Below are positions 37,684 through 46,956 of a stretch of DNA of 64,000 nt, piece by piece (position 1 is the stretch's first letter; every line of letters starts with the position of its first letter). Under the pieces are notes generated by a model. That model saw nothing but the letters and a program-made list of their open reading frames with translations, was not told where the DNA came from and did not search any database. The translations under genes were made by a program, and so were the position numbers. This stretch comes from an uncultured Lachnospiraceae bacterium (GTDB lineage: Bacteria; Bacillota; Clostridia; Oscillospirales; CAG-272): the NCBI GenBank assembly GCA_964430755.1, contig CAYSFT010000001.1:31358-95357 (forward strand), read 5' to 3'.

Positions 37684-38238
37684 TCAACTCAAAGCTCCGT
37701 CAAGCTCCGATTTTATTTTTTTCATATCGATAAGCATATCCTCTTTTTTGTGAGGATCGCGAAGAAGCGCCGAGGGATGGTAAACGGCACATATGCGCTT
37801 ACCGTTTCGCTCATACCATACGCCGTGCTCTTTTGTGATCTTGAAGTCGGGCTTTATGAGTCTCATTGCGGAAATTCGTCCGAGACAAACAATAAGCTCG
37901 GGATCAATGAGCTTTATCTGCTCATCAAGATAACCGATACAAGCATCCTCCTCAGCCGGAAGCGGATCACGGTTCTTCGGCGGACGGCATTTTAATATAT
38001 TTGCTATGTAAACGTCCTCGCGTGGTATATCAACAGCCTCAAGGAAACGGTCAAGTAACTTTCCTGCCGCGCCGACAAACGGTATTCCCGAAAGGTCCTC
38101 TTTTTCTCCGGGCGCTTCACCGACAAACATCAGTCTTGCGTTTTTATTGCCGGTTCCGAACACACAGTTGGTACGCGTTGCAGACAGTGCACACTTTTCG
38201 CATGATGCACAAGTGGCTTCAAGCTGTTCCCATGTCAT
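37684..38238 (-). CDS. Uracil-DNA glycosylase, family 4
   Basis: CxxCxxC Fe-S cysteines (CASCEKC), GEAPGEKED motif A, PFVGAAGKLL and HPSALLR motif B. Confidence 0.85.
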   Translation of the reverse strand: MTWEQLEATCASCEKCALSATRTNCVFGTGNKNARLMFVGEAPGEKEDLSGIPFVGAAGKLLDRFLEAVDIPREDVYIANILKCRPPKNRDPLPAEEDACIGYLDEQIKLIDPELIVCLGRISAMRLIKPDFKITKEHGVWYERNGKRICAVYHPSALLRDPHKKEDMLIDMKKIKSELDGALS

Positions 38239-38467
38239 GGCTAAAATTCCTTTCAATTTATGTAATATTTATATTATACCATATATTTTCCTTAAAAGAT
38301 ATAGTTTTTTGAAAATTTTTAATTTTTTAATAATACTTACACAGTGCTATTAGGCGTATGGAAAAAATTTAGGGGTTTCAATTTTGCGCCTATTGGATTA
38401 TAATATTAGTAAGACCATTTCGAGTGCACACCGCACCGTGTCCAATATACAAGAAAGGATCACCCCG

Positions 38468-39079
38468 ATGGAACATATACTCATAAGTCCCGGCAAGCTC
38501 AAGCTGATGCTAACAAAATCCGATCTCGACAGATACGATCTCGACTGCGAAACGATGGACAGCGAAGACACACTGACGCGTCAGGCATTCAGAGAGCTGC
38601 TTGCAGACGTAAAACGGGTTTCGGGCTTCGACGCGGCGGATGACAAGGTATTCATTCAGCTCTACCCATCCCGTGACGGAGGAGCAGAAATATACATAAC
38701 CAGACTCACGCCAAAGCAAGAGGAAAAATCACGCAAGGATGACACTATAAAATTAACAAATGTCTACCGTTTCGATTCAATGGGAGCATTGCTCGAGGTC
38801 TGTTCATATATAAAAGCGCAAAGCATCATCAAAGGAAAACACAATTCCCTGCCAACCTCAAGCTCTGCATGGCAAGCGGACGGAAAATATTATCTCATCT
38901 GCGAGGACAGCGTCACTTACCGCGAATATCTGCGGCTTGGCAGAAGCGATCGTTTTTCTGAATACATCGGAAGCTTTGGGAAACGCCTTCAGTCATCTGC
39001 CGCTCTGCCATACGTGAAAGAGCACTGCAGCTGCTTTTGTGAGCATAATGCGATCACTGCGCTTTCAGAGTTTGCCTGA
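38468..39079 (+). CDS. MecA-like adaptor protein (tentative)
   Basis: The N-terminal pattern MEHILISPGKLKLMLTKSDLDRYDL...FIQLYPSRDGGAEIYITRL resembles the MecA N-domain. ATG at 38468 has an AAAGGA RBS. Confidence 0.45.
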   Translation: MEHILISPGKLKLMLTKSDLDRYDLDCETMDSEDTLTRQAFRELLADVKRVSGFDAADDKVFIQLYPSRDGGAEIYITRLTPKQEEKSRKDDTIKLTNVYRFDSMGALLEVCSYIKAQSIIKGKHNSLPTSSSAWQADGKYYLICEDSVTYREYLRLGRSDRFSEYIGSFGKRLQSSAALPYVKEHCSCFCEHNAITALSEFA

Positions 39080-39130
39080 CAACCGAAAAAATACCTTCAC
39101 CCGTTTTTTTGCGAGTGAAGGCGTTTTTTA

Positions 39131-39718
39131 TTATACAATAGTCATCGTACCAAAATAAGACGGAATATGGAAGTCCGGCTTTTCACGACTGACCATCTTC
39201 CAGCAGCCCCAGTGAGGCGACTCGGTTTCATCTCCGCACTTGTAAACATTTGCAGGATGCTTGAGTCCCTTTTTGAATTCATAATCCGGGATGTGCTTTT
39301 TGATAAATTCAAACGGCACAGTCAGATCAATTGTCCAATAGTCATCGTGAATCTCTGCCTTGATATCAAGCATTTCGGCGTCCTCATCGGTGAGTCTTGT
39401 GAGGTCATCATAGCGATTGCGTCTGAACGCCATGTTTGTGACGGCGTTTGAATTCATTTCAAAGTTAAAATATTTGTCCGTATGAACGGGATCAAAGTTG
39501 ATGAACCATTCAACGCAGCTGTCAAGATGAACATACTGATAATGCTTTGTTGCAACTGCCTTGGGATTCTTCTCATATGTGGTAAAATGAGCGTGGAACC
39601 CGATGTCGCTGTATGTCGCGTAAAACTCCACCTTCGGGCAGTAGCCGTTCGGATCAACATAATCTGTAATTGTTATAACCGGCACTTCTTTGGAACCCTT
39701 TTCAACGATAGTGTACAT
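39131..39718 (-). CDS. Hypothetical cytoplasmic protein, possibly CBM9-like/DOMON-like fold
   Basis: 195-aa ORF with coding-like composition and no signal peptide. The family assignment is from weak recollection of CBM9-like proteins (YFNFEMN...FRRNRYD). Confidence 0.35.
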   Translation of the reverse strand: MYTIVEKGSKEVPVITITDYVDPNGYCPKVEFYATYSDIGFHAHFTTYEKNPKAVATKHYQYVHLDSCVEWFINFDPVHTDKYFNFEMNSNAVTNMAFRRNRYDDLTRLTDEDAEMLDIKAEIHDDYWTIDLTVPFEFIKKHIPDYEFKKGLKHPANVYKCGDETESPHWGCWKMVSREKPDFHIPSYFGTMTIV

Positions 39719-39743
39719 TGTTTGTCTCCTTATTTAATTAAGA

Positions 39744-40619
39744 TTACGGATTCATAAGAATCTGTCCGAGTCTTGATTCCTTATCAATGATAACAACCTT
39801 GTCTTCACCTGTCAGCGAAGCTTTAAGCGCATCAAGCGCACGGGTGAACTCATAAAATTCCTTTTTCTCGTCAGTGTTGTAAGCCTCGGCAAGGAGTCGC
39901 ATATATTCCTGCTCGCCCTCAGCTTCAAGACGTGCAGCCTCAGCCTCTGCGTTTGAAACGATAATGTTAACCTCTTTGTCAACCTCGTTTCTGATAATGG
40001 ACGCTTCATAGTTACCGTCCGCGGTATATTTCTCCGCAATCTGGTTACGGTCGGAAATCATACGCGCGTAAACCGCTTCCTCGTTACTTTGAGCAAGGTC
40101 AAAGCGCTTGATACGAACGTCGATGACGTTTATACCGTAAGTTGCGCAAAGCTCTGCAACCTCGGTTGTTATACCGGCGTAAATATCATTTCGTCCCGAA
40201 GCATCCTCGGTGTTGATAATGTCATCCTGCATGAGCGTACCCATGAGGTTCTTGAGCGCGGTGTATGTAACGGCATTGATACGTGCTTCTGCCTCAGCGG
40301 TTGTGCCGAGTGTACGGTAGAATGTACGCGGATCGGAAATTTCCCAGATTATATAGCTGTCAACCGTCATATTCTTTTTGTCGCTCGTAAGAACTTCAGA
40401 CGGCGGTATATCGTATATCAGCGTGGTATCGGGGAATGTGGTCAGCGTATCAACAAACGGAATTTTGAAATGAAGTCCCGCTTCGTTTGTAATGTCAACG
40501 ATCTCGGAGAATCGCATGAGACAAACATACTCGTTTTCGGCAACAACATATATCGAGTTTGCACCAACAAAAACAAGCAGCAGTAATACTACAATAGTTA
40601 TAATAAGACTCTTTTTCAT
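39744..40619 (-). CDS. hflC: FtsH protease modulator HflC (SPFH/band-7)
   Basis: N-terminal TM helix and an SPFH domain, directly after hflK. ATG at 40619 has an AAGGGG RBS; an alternative GTG at 40637 overlaps the hflK stop. Confidence 0.85.
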   Translation of the reverse strand: MKKSLIITIVVLLLLVFVGANSIYVVAENEYVCLMRFSEIVDITNEAGLHFKIPFVDTLTTFPDTTLIYDIPPSEVLTSDKKNMTVDSYIIWEISDPRTFYRTLGTTAEAEARINAVTYTALKNLMGTLMQDDIINTEDASGRNDIYAGITTEVAELCATYGINVIDVRIKRFDLAQSNEEAVYARMISDRNQIAEKYTADGNYEASIIRNEVDKEVNIIVSNAEAEAARLEAEGEQEYMRLLAEAYNTDEKKEFYEFTRALDALKASLTGEDKVVIIDKESRLGQILMNP

Positions 40620-40633
40620 GCTATACCCCTTTC

Positions 40634-41626
40634 TCACTGTCCGTTTGAGACGAAATCGTCAAGCGGCAGCAGCTTTTCGGTTGAGCCTTCCGATACGTCA
40701 ACATAGAGAGTTACGCCGGGAAGCGTTTCCTCAATCATTTCGTAATACATACGAATACGTGTGATCTCGGGATTCTTTGAATATTCATCATACATCGCTT
40801 CAAAGAGTGCAACCTGCTTAACAGCCTCGTTTATACGCTTCTGCTTCAGATATTCGGCATTCTGAGTAAGCTGGTCAGCCTCAGCCTGTGCCTCGGGAAG
40901 CTTCTGATTACTGTATGCTTTCGCCTGGTTGATGGCAGTTTCGGCGCCCTGCTTTGCGGTTTCAACGGCTTTGAATGCCTCGATTACCGACTCTGTGGGC
41001 GGCTCGGAATCCTGAATCTTGATATCGGTTAAAATAAGACCAATATCATATTCCTCAAGTATCTCAGTGACAAGCTCCTTGACACGTATCTGAATATCGG
41101 TTTTACCGTCGGTCAGAACCTGGTCAACCGTTGCACTTCCGACAACCGCACGGATCTGTGACTGTATAAGATTTTTTAGTATAGTTTCGGGAGCTTGGGA
41201 ATTGTAAAGATACTTAACGGGATCGGATATCTTATATTCAATGAAGAAATCGACATTGACTATATTATAGTCACCCGTGATCATCTTTGATTCCTTTTCA
41301 ATTATCTCGTAATTATCGGATGATTCTGAGTTGCGATATCCGAGCTCGATCTTCTGATATACGTTAACGTCAACCTTTTCGACCTCCTGAATACCGAGCG
41401 GCAGCTTGAAATGAAAACCTGCCCCGGTTACAGACGACACCTTTCCGAGCGTTGTGACAACCGCCTGCTGCTTTTCGTCAACCGTATACCAACAGGTTGA
41501 GCCAATCGCAACAACCAGTGCTATAACGAGCAGAATAACAACAGTGCGTCCGAGATTTTTGGGAGACTTTGTTGTTTTTTTAAGCTTAGTATAAAACGTA
41601 TCTCCGCTTTTTTTGAAGCTATCCAT
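40634..41626 (-). CDS. hflK: FtsH protease modulator HflK (SPFH/band-7)
   Basis: TM helix, SPFH domain (MITGDYNIVNVDFFIEYKI) and a C-terminal coiled coil (AEADQLTQNAEYLKQ). Confidence 0.85.
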   Translation of the reverse strand: MDSFKKSGDTFYTKLKKTTKSPKNLGRTVVILLVIALVVAIGSTCWYTVDEKQQAVVTTLGKVSSVTGAGFHFKLPLGIQEVEKVDVNVYQKIELGYRNSESSDNYEIIEKESKMITGDYNIVNVDFFIEYKISDPVKYLYNSQAPETILKNLIQSQIRAVVGSATVDQVLTDGKTDIQIRVKELVTEILEEYDIGLILTDIKIQDSEPPTESVIEAFKAVETAKQGAETAINQAKAYSNQKLPEAQAEADQLTQNAEYLKQKRINEAVKQVALFEAMYDEYSKNPEITRIRMYYEMIEETLPGVTLYVDVSEGSTEKLLPLDDFVSNGQ

Positions 41627-41827
41627 TTATATCCTCCTTTAATATTTGCGGCAGATTAATCAAAAATTGCAAGCCGCAATAATATAACTATATTGTACCA
41701 TGGATTTATGAATACTTTGTTACAGATTTATTTTACATATAAAAAATATAAACGCCCGGCATCTTCATAATTCAACGACAAAATTTTAAAAAATTATACA
41801 AATTAATTGTTTTTTCGTCAAAATATA

Positions 41828-41856
41828 TTGACACACAGTAAAAAATATGATAGAAT
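41828..41856 (+). promoter_or_regulatory. Promoter of the NhaC-family gene (TTGACA-17-TAGAAT)
   Basis: TTGACA at 41828-41833 and TAGAAT at 41851-41856. An AAAGGAG RBS follows at about 41872. Confidence 0.6.
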
Positions 41857-41887
41857 TTAATCAATTAAAACAAAGGAGAATTATACC

Positions 41888-43624
41888 ATGAAAATTCTAT
41901 CAACCAAGCGTTTTCTCTTAATCACAATGGCAATGATGCTCGTGATGTCGGTATTCAGCTTCGGTGTTTTAGCCGAGGACGTCGAAACGGATGCCATCAT
42001 AATTATGGCTCCCGCCGATGACGAGAATCTTGCGGACGGTGCTATCATCGAAGATGAAGCCGTCGGTGAAATTACCGAAGAATCCTCCGAAGAAACAGCA
42101 GATGCAAACGGCAAATTCTACGCAACCTTTTGGGCACTGATTCCTCCGGTAATCGCAATCGCTCTCGCACTTATTACAAAAGAGGTTTATTCTTCCCTCT
42201 TTATCGGTATTTTGGCAGGCGGTCTGCTTGCAACCGAGTTTAATCCGCTCGGAACTGTTGATGCACTCATAAACGACGGTTTTATCGCAGCAGTTTCGGA
42301 TACCGCTGGTATTTTCATATTCCTTGTGCTTTTGGGAATACTTGTTGCACTTATCAATAAGACCGGTGCGGCTGCGGCATTCGGCAGATGGGCACAAAAG
42401 CACATCAAAACCCGTGTCGGCGCACAGCTTGCGGCATTCGTACTCGGCGTACTCATCTTTATCGACGACTACTTCAACTGTCTCACTGTCGGCTCGGTAA
42501 TGATGCCCGTCACCGATTCTCACAAGATCTCCCGTGCAAAGCTCTCGTTTATCATCGATGCAACAGCGGCTCCCGTTTGTATGATCGCACCGATCTCCTC
42601 TTGGGCAGCGGCAGTTTCCGCATATGCCGAGGGTACAGGCTATAACGGACTTGAGTTGTTCGTTCGTGCAATTCCGTTTAACTACTATTCGCTCATGACG
42701 CTTCTCTTTGTTGTACTCATCATCGTGCTCAAGGTTGACTTTGGTCCGATGGCGAAGCACGAAAAGAATGCCATCGAAAAGGGCGACCTCTTCACGACCG
42801 GTGAATCCACAAACAAATCCAAAGAAGAGCTCGAAGTCAACGATAAAGGAAAGGTTATCGACCTTGTTCTCCCGATCGTCGTTCTCATCGGAATTTGCGT
42901 ATTCGGACTCGTTTACGTTGGCGGTATCCTCTCGGGTGTTGACTTTGTAAACGCCTTCGCCGCAACCGATGCAACAGTCGGTTTGCCTTGGGGTGGTCTT
43001 GTTGCTCTTATCATCACAATCATCTATCTGCTTTGCCGCCGCGTTGTTTCCTTTAAGGATGCAATGGAGTGTGTTCCGAAGGGCTTCAAAGCAATGGTTC
43101 CTGCTATCACAATCCTTACCTTTGCAACCGCTCTTAAGAACATGACCGGCTTGCTCGGCGCAGACGTTTATATCGAAACACTTATGAAGAACTCTGCTGA
43201 AGCACTCTCTCTCTTCTTACCTGCAGTTGTCTTCCTCGTTGCTTGTCTCCTCGCATTTGCAACAGGTACATCCTGGGGTACATTCGGAATCCTCATTCCG
43301 ATCGTCGGAGCAATCTTCCCGGATCCCGCAAGTCCCCTTTACTTCATCGGTATGTCCGCTTGTCTTGCAGGTGCGGTTTGCGGCGACCACTGCTCGCCTA
43401 TCTCCGATACGACAATCATGTCCTCTGCCGGCGCACAGTGTGACCACATCAACCACGTTTCAACTCAGCTTCCCTATGCAATCTCCATCGCAGGCTGTTC
43501 ATTCATTGCATATGTTGTCGGCGGTCTGACGCAGAACGGTTGGATCGGTCTTGCTGTGGCAGTCGTTGCAACTGTCGGACTTGTTCTTGGCTTCAAGTTC
43601 CTCGGTTCGAAGAAAACACATTAA
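41888..43624 (+). CDS. Na+/H+ antiporter NhaC-family transporter with N-terminal signal/acidic extension
   Basis: The polytopic core starts at about FWALIPPVIAIALALITKEV and contains DDYFNCLTVG and GDHCSPISDTT motifs. Confidence 0.8.
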   Translation: MKILSTKRFLLITMAMMLVMSVFSFGVLAEDVETDAIIIMAPADDENLADGAIIEDEAVGEITEESSEETADANGKFYATFWALIPPVIAIALALITKEVYSSLFIGILAGGLLATEFNPLGTVDALINDGFIAAVSDTAGIFIFLVLLGILVALINKTGAAAAFGRWAQKHIKTRVGAQLAAFVLGVLIFIDDYFNCLTVGSVMMPVTDSHKISRAKLSFIIDATAAPVCMIAPISSWAAAVSAYAEGTGYNGLELFVRAIPFNYYSLMTLLFVVLIIVLKVDFGPMAKHEKNAIEKGDLFTTGESTNKSKEELEVNDKGKVIDLVLPIVVLIGICVFGLVYVGGILSGVDFVNAFAATDATVGLPWGGLVALIITIIYLLCRRVVSFKDAMECVPKGFKAMVPAITILTFATALKNMTGLLGADVYIETLMKNSAEALSLFLPAVVFLVACLLAFATGTSWGTFGILIPIVGAIFPDPASPLYFIGMSACLAGAVCGDHCSPISDTTIMSSAGAQCDHINHVSTQLPYAISIAGCSFIAYVVGGLTQNGWIGLAVAVVATVGLVLGFKFLGSKKTH

Positions 43625-43650
43625 CTTATCGTAAAATTATACTTATTTCC

Positions 43651-43684
43651 GAGCACTCCGTTTTACACGGAGTGTTCTTTTTTA
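43651..43684 (+). terminator. Rho-independent terminator after the NhaC-family gene
   Basis: AGCACTCCG pairs with CGGAGTGTT (1 mismatch), followed by CTTTTTTAT. Confidence 0.7.
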
Positions 43685-43883
43685 TAGCCGCAAACATAAA
43701 TTTTTTAACACAACTCATACCAAAACTTTATAAACAATTCACCGTTGTGCATAAAAAGGTCGAACTTTATTAATATTTGTTTGATATAATAAAATCACGA
43801 AAGATAGTAAACCTCTCGCATATCATCACGACCAATCAGCAATGTCGCAGAGTGAATAATTTCCAAAAATTTCGGGGGTTTTT

Positions 43884-44501
43884 ATGTTGGATAGCAATAA
43901 TGATATCCTGAATAAAACTGAAGATACTCGCTCGGACGAAGCTTGTTACGGTGGGCTTGGCAGACGGCTTTCATATGAACAGTGGTGCCGCAGTGCTGAA
44001 AAAGGACGCTTAAAGCACCTTTTCCCAAGGCTCACACTTATCGTCTGTATTACGTTGTTTTTTGGTCTGCTCGGTGTTTTATGCAGCATGGCTGTATTTC
44101 ACATCGTGTCGGAAAACAGCGAAATATATTATCCGAGCGACGGTGAAATCGAAAATATGCAAAAATCTGATGCCGCACAGTTATTTGATGTCAAAGCAAA
44201 ATCGCCGGTGTCTGAGCTTGTATTCATGAAAAATTCAGTCACCGCGGAAAATGTCAGTCACGAGGTGGCACAGCGTTACCGTATACCGATCGGCGTTCTG
44301 ATTCATGAAGTTATTGAAAATTCCTCTGCTCACGCGGCAGGACTTCTGAGTGGAGATATCATTGTTGCAGTGAACGGTACTGCCGCAACCGATATCACAA
44401 GTCTTGATTCTGTGCTGGCAAAATGCAAGCTCGGAACGATCGTAAAGTTCACGGTATTCCGCGATGACACATATGTTGATCTGAGTGTCAATCTTGATTA
44501 A
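43884..44501 (+). CDS. Membrane-anchored PDZ-domain protein
   Basis: One TM helix (LIVCITLFFGLLGVLCSMAVF) and a C-terminal PDZ pattern (GVLIHEVIENSSAHAAGLLSGDIIVAVNG). No protease domain was recognised. Confidence 0.55.
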   Translation: MLDSNNDILNKTEDTRSDEACYGGLGRRLSYEQWCRSAEKGRLKHLFPRLTLIVCITLFFGLLGVLCSMAVFHIVSENSEIYYPSDGEIENMQKSDAAQLFDVKAKSPVSELVFMKNSVTAENVSHEVAQRYRIPIGVLIHEVIENSSAHAAGLLSGDIIVAVNGTAATDITSLDSVLAKCKLGTIVKFTVFRDDTYVDLSVNLD

Positions 44502-44525
44502 TCATCTTACAAATAAATATGAAAA

Positions 44526-44579
44526 CGGCAGGTATGATACACATTTTGGAGTGTATATCATTTCCCTGCCGATTTTTTA
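44526..44579. terminator. Bidirectional terminator between the PDZ gene and the ACT gene
   Basis: CGGCAGG (44526-44532) pairs with CCTGCCG (44565-44571). ATTTTTT follows on the plus strand and TTTTC on the minus strand. Confidence 0.6.
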
Positions 44580-44598
44580 TAAAGTTATATTAAAAATC

Positions 44599-45009
44599 TT
44601 ATTCCATACCCGTAAAGCCGTGCTCCTTTAAGAGCTTAACTGCCGCGCCCTCTGCCTCGATACGCATAACAACATATGCCTCATTGTCACTCTTTGCAAT
44701 GAACGCATACATATACTCAATCGTAATATCGTTCGACGCAAGAAGCTCAAGAACCTCCGCAAGTCCGCCGGGACGGTTGTGAATGCAGGCAGTGATAACA
44801 CTTGTTATCGAAACGGTCAGCCCCTCTGCCTTGAGTACGCGCTCAACCTCTTCGGGATCGTCAACGATGATACGAAGAATACCGAAGTGTGTTGTGTCCG
44901 CAACGGAGAGCGCACGGATGTTGATATTGTTTTTTGCAATGATCTTTGTGATCTCGGCGAGTCTGCCGGGCTTGTTTTCAACGAAAATGGAGATCTGCTT
45001 GATAATCAT
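44599..45009 (-). CDS. ACT domain-containing protein (two ACT repeats)
   Basis: ISIFVENKPGRLAEIT and CIHNRPGGLAEVL are two ACT beta-alpha-beta starts. This is a usual partner of phenylacetate-CoA ligase genes. Confidence 0.8.
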   Translation of the reverse strand: MIIKQISIFVENKPGRLAEITKIIAKNNINIRALSVADTTHFGILRIIVDDPEEVERVLKAEGLTVSITSVITACIHNRPGGLAEVLELLASNDITIEYMYAFIAKSDNEAYVVMRIEAEGAAVKLLKEHGFTGME

Positions 45010-45032
45010 AATATTTACCTCCCAAATTTATA

Positions 45033-46340
45033 TTAATGAAGCTTACGCTTATCTACAACACGCTTTGCCTTACCCTCGCTTCTCGGAATCGTACCCGGTT
45101 CAACGAAAGTAATCTTCGAAGCAAGTCCGAGCGTGGACTGCATTCCTGCGTTGATCTTTGCCGCCATTTCCTCCATACCCTTAACGTGGTCTGAGAAGTT
45201 ATCGGCGGAAACCTCAACCTGAATTTCCATAATGTCAAGATTGTTCTTACGGTCAACGTAGATCATATAGTGAGGATCGACCGTACCGCAGGAAAGGAGT
45301 ACACTTTCAATCTGCGACGGGAATACGTTTACGCCGCGGATAATGAGCATATCGTCCGAGCGTCCGCAGGGCTTTTGCATACGGACAAATGTACGTCCGC
45401 AGGCACATTTTTCATGAGTGATGCTCGAAATATCGTGTGTTCTGTAACGGATAAGAGGAAGTGCTTCCTTTGTAATACAGGTGAATACAACCTCGCCCTG
45501 CTCTCCGTCCGGCAAAACCTCTCCCGTATCGGGATCAATAATCTCGATGAGGAAGTGGTCCTCGTTAATGTGCATACCGTTCTGACATTCGCAGTCGTAT
45601 GCAACGCCGGGACCGGAAATTTCCGAAAGACCGTAAATATCGTAAGCCTTGATTCCGAGGCGTTCCTCAATCTCGGCACGCATCTGTTCAGTCCACGGTT
45701 CTGCACCGAAAAGACCTGCCTTTAAGTGAATCTTGTCAAGCGTGATTCCCTGCTCCTTCAGTGTGTCCGCAATGAACAGCGCATATGATGGCGTACAGCA
45801 GAGTATTGACGAGCCGAAATCCTGGAGCATGGTCACCTGACGTGCAGTGTTGCCGCTCGATGCAGGAATAACCGTTGCACCCATCTTCTGTGCACCGTCG
45901 TGAAGTCCGAGACCGCCGGTGAAAAGTCCGTAGCCGTAAGAAACGTGAACGAAATCGTCCTTGTCTGCACCTGCGGCAACAAGTGCACGTGCGGCACACT
46001 CTGCCCAAAGGTCAATATCGTTCTGGGTGTAGCCGACGACCGTTTGCTTGCCGGTTGTACCCGACGAAGCGTGAATACGGATAAGATTCTTAGGCTCAAC
46101 GCAGAACATTCCGTAAGGATAACCGTCGCGAAGATCCTGCTTATACGTGAACGGAAGCTTGTGAAGATCGTCAATCGAGTGAATATCCTCGGGCTTAAGA
46201 CCGATAGCATCCATACGCTCGCGGTACATGGGCATATTCTTGTAAACGTGGTGAATCGTGCGCGAAAGATTGTAAGACTGGAGATGATAGAGCTGATCGC
46301 GCGTGGCTGTTTCCATAGCCTCATTGAAATACTTTGCCAT
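45033..46340 (-). CDS. Phenylacetate--CoA ligase family protein (copy 2)
   Basis: IHASSGTTGKQT (AMP-binding P-loop of the PaaK family), YGLSE and a C-terminal KAKRVVDKR. Confidence 0.85.
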   Translation of the reverse strand: MAKYFNEAMETATRDQLYHLQSYNLSRTIHHVYKNMPMYRERMDAIGLKPEDIHSIDDLHKLPFTYKQDLRDGYPYGMFCVEPKNLIRIHASSGTTGKQTVVGYTQNDIDLWAECAARALVAAGADKDDFVHVSYGYGLFTGGLGLHDGAQKMGATVIPASSGNTARQVTMLQDFGSSILCCTPSYALFIADTLKEQGITLDKIHLKAGLFGAEPWTEQMRAEIEERLGIKAYDIYGLSEISGPGVAYDCECQNGMHINEDHFLIEIIDPDTGEVLPDGEQGEVVFTCITKEALPLIRYRTHDISSITHEKCACGRTFVRMQKPCGRSDDMLIIRGVNVFPSQIESVLLSCGTVDPHYMIYVDRKNNLDIMEIQVEVSADNFSDHVKGMEEMAAKINAGMQSTLGLASKITFVEPGTIPRSEGKAKRVVDKRKLH

Positions 46341-46364
46341 TGGTTGTTATCTCCTTTATATAAG

Positions 46365-46940
46365 TTACGCCGAATGGCTTGCGCCAAGGTCGAACGCTTT
46401 TAAATTAAGCTCAAGGAATTTTTCGGGAACGGAAATGCGTACAGCCTCACGAAGCGTTTCATCGTCAATGTCGAGCGCGTGTGCCGCCATACCAATGAGG
46501 GCTACATTAACAGCCTTTTCACTGCCTGCTTCGCGTGCAATTGCAAGTGCGTCAGCGGCAATAACCTTTGCGCCTGCCGCTTTCATCTTTTCAACAAGGT
46601 CGGTAGGATACTGCGCCGCACCGGTTACAACCGGCATGGGATTTATCTCTTGTGTATTGGTGATAATAACGCCGTCCTTTTTGAGATAAGGAAGCCATCT
46701 TGCCGCCTCAAGAAGCTCAAAGGACATGATAACGTCAGCTTCACCCTTGCAAATAACGGGAGAAGCAACCTTGTCGCCATACTTAACATAAGTGACAACC
46801 GAGCCGCCGCGCTGACTCATTCCGTGAACCTCGGAAACCTTTACATCATAATTCTGAAGAAGCACAGCGTTACCGAGAATACGGCTTGCGAGCAGTGAGC
46901 CCTGACCGCCGACACCAACTATCATAATATTCTTTGTCAT
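46365..46940 (-). CDS. iorB: Indolepyruvate:ferredoxin oxidoreductase, beta subunit
   Basis: MTKNIMIVGVGGQGSLLASRILG...HGMSQRGGSV. ATG at 46940 has a GAGGAGAG RBS, so the ORF-track start at 47045 is unlikely. Confidence 0.85.
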   Translation of the reverse strand: MTKNIMIVGVGGQGSLLASRILGNAVLLQNYDVKVSEVHGMSQRGGSVVTYVKYGDKVASPVICKGEADVIMSFELLEAARWLPYLKKDGVIITNTQEINPMPVVTGAAQYPTDLVEKMKAAGAKVIAADALAIAREAGSEKAVNVALIGMAAHALDIDDETLREAVRISVPEKFLELNLKAFDLGASHSA

Positions 46941-46956
46941 TTGAGTCACTCTCCTC

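Noticed and set aside
41969-42760. 263-aa minus-strand ORF
   Set aside because: It is antisense to the NhaC-family transporter and has no independent signals.
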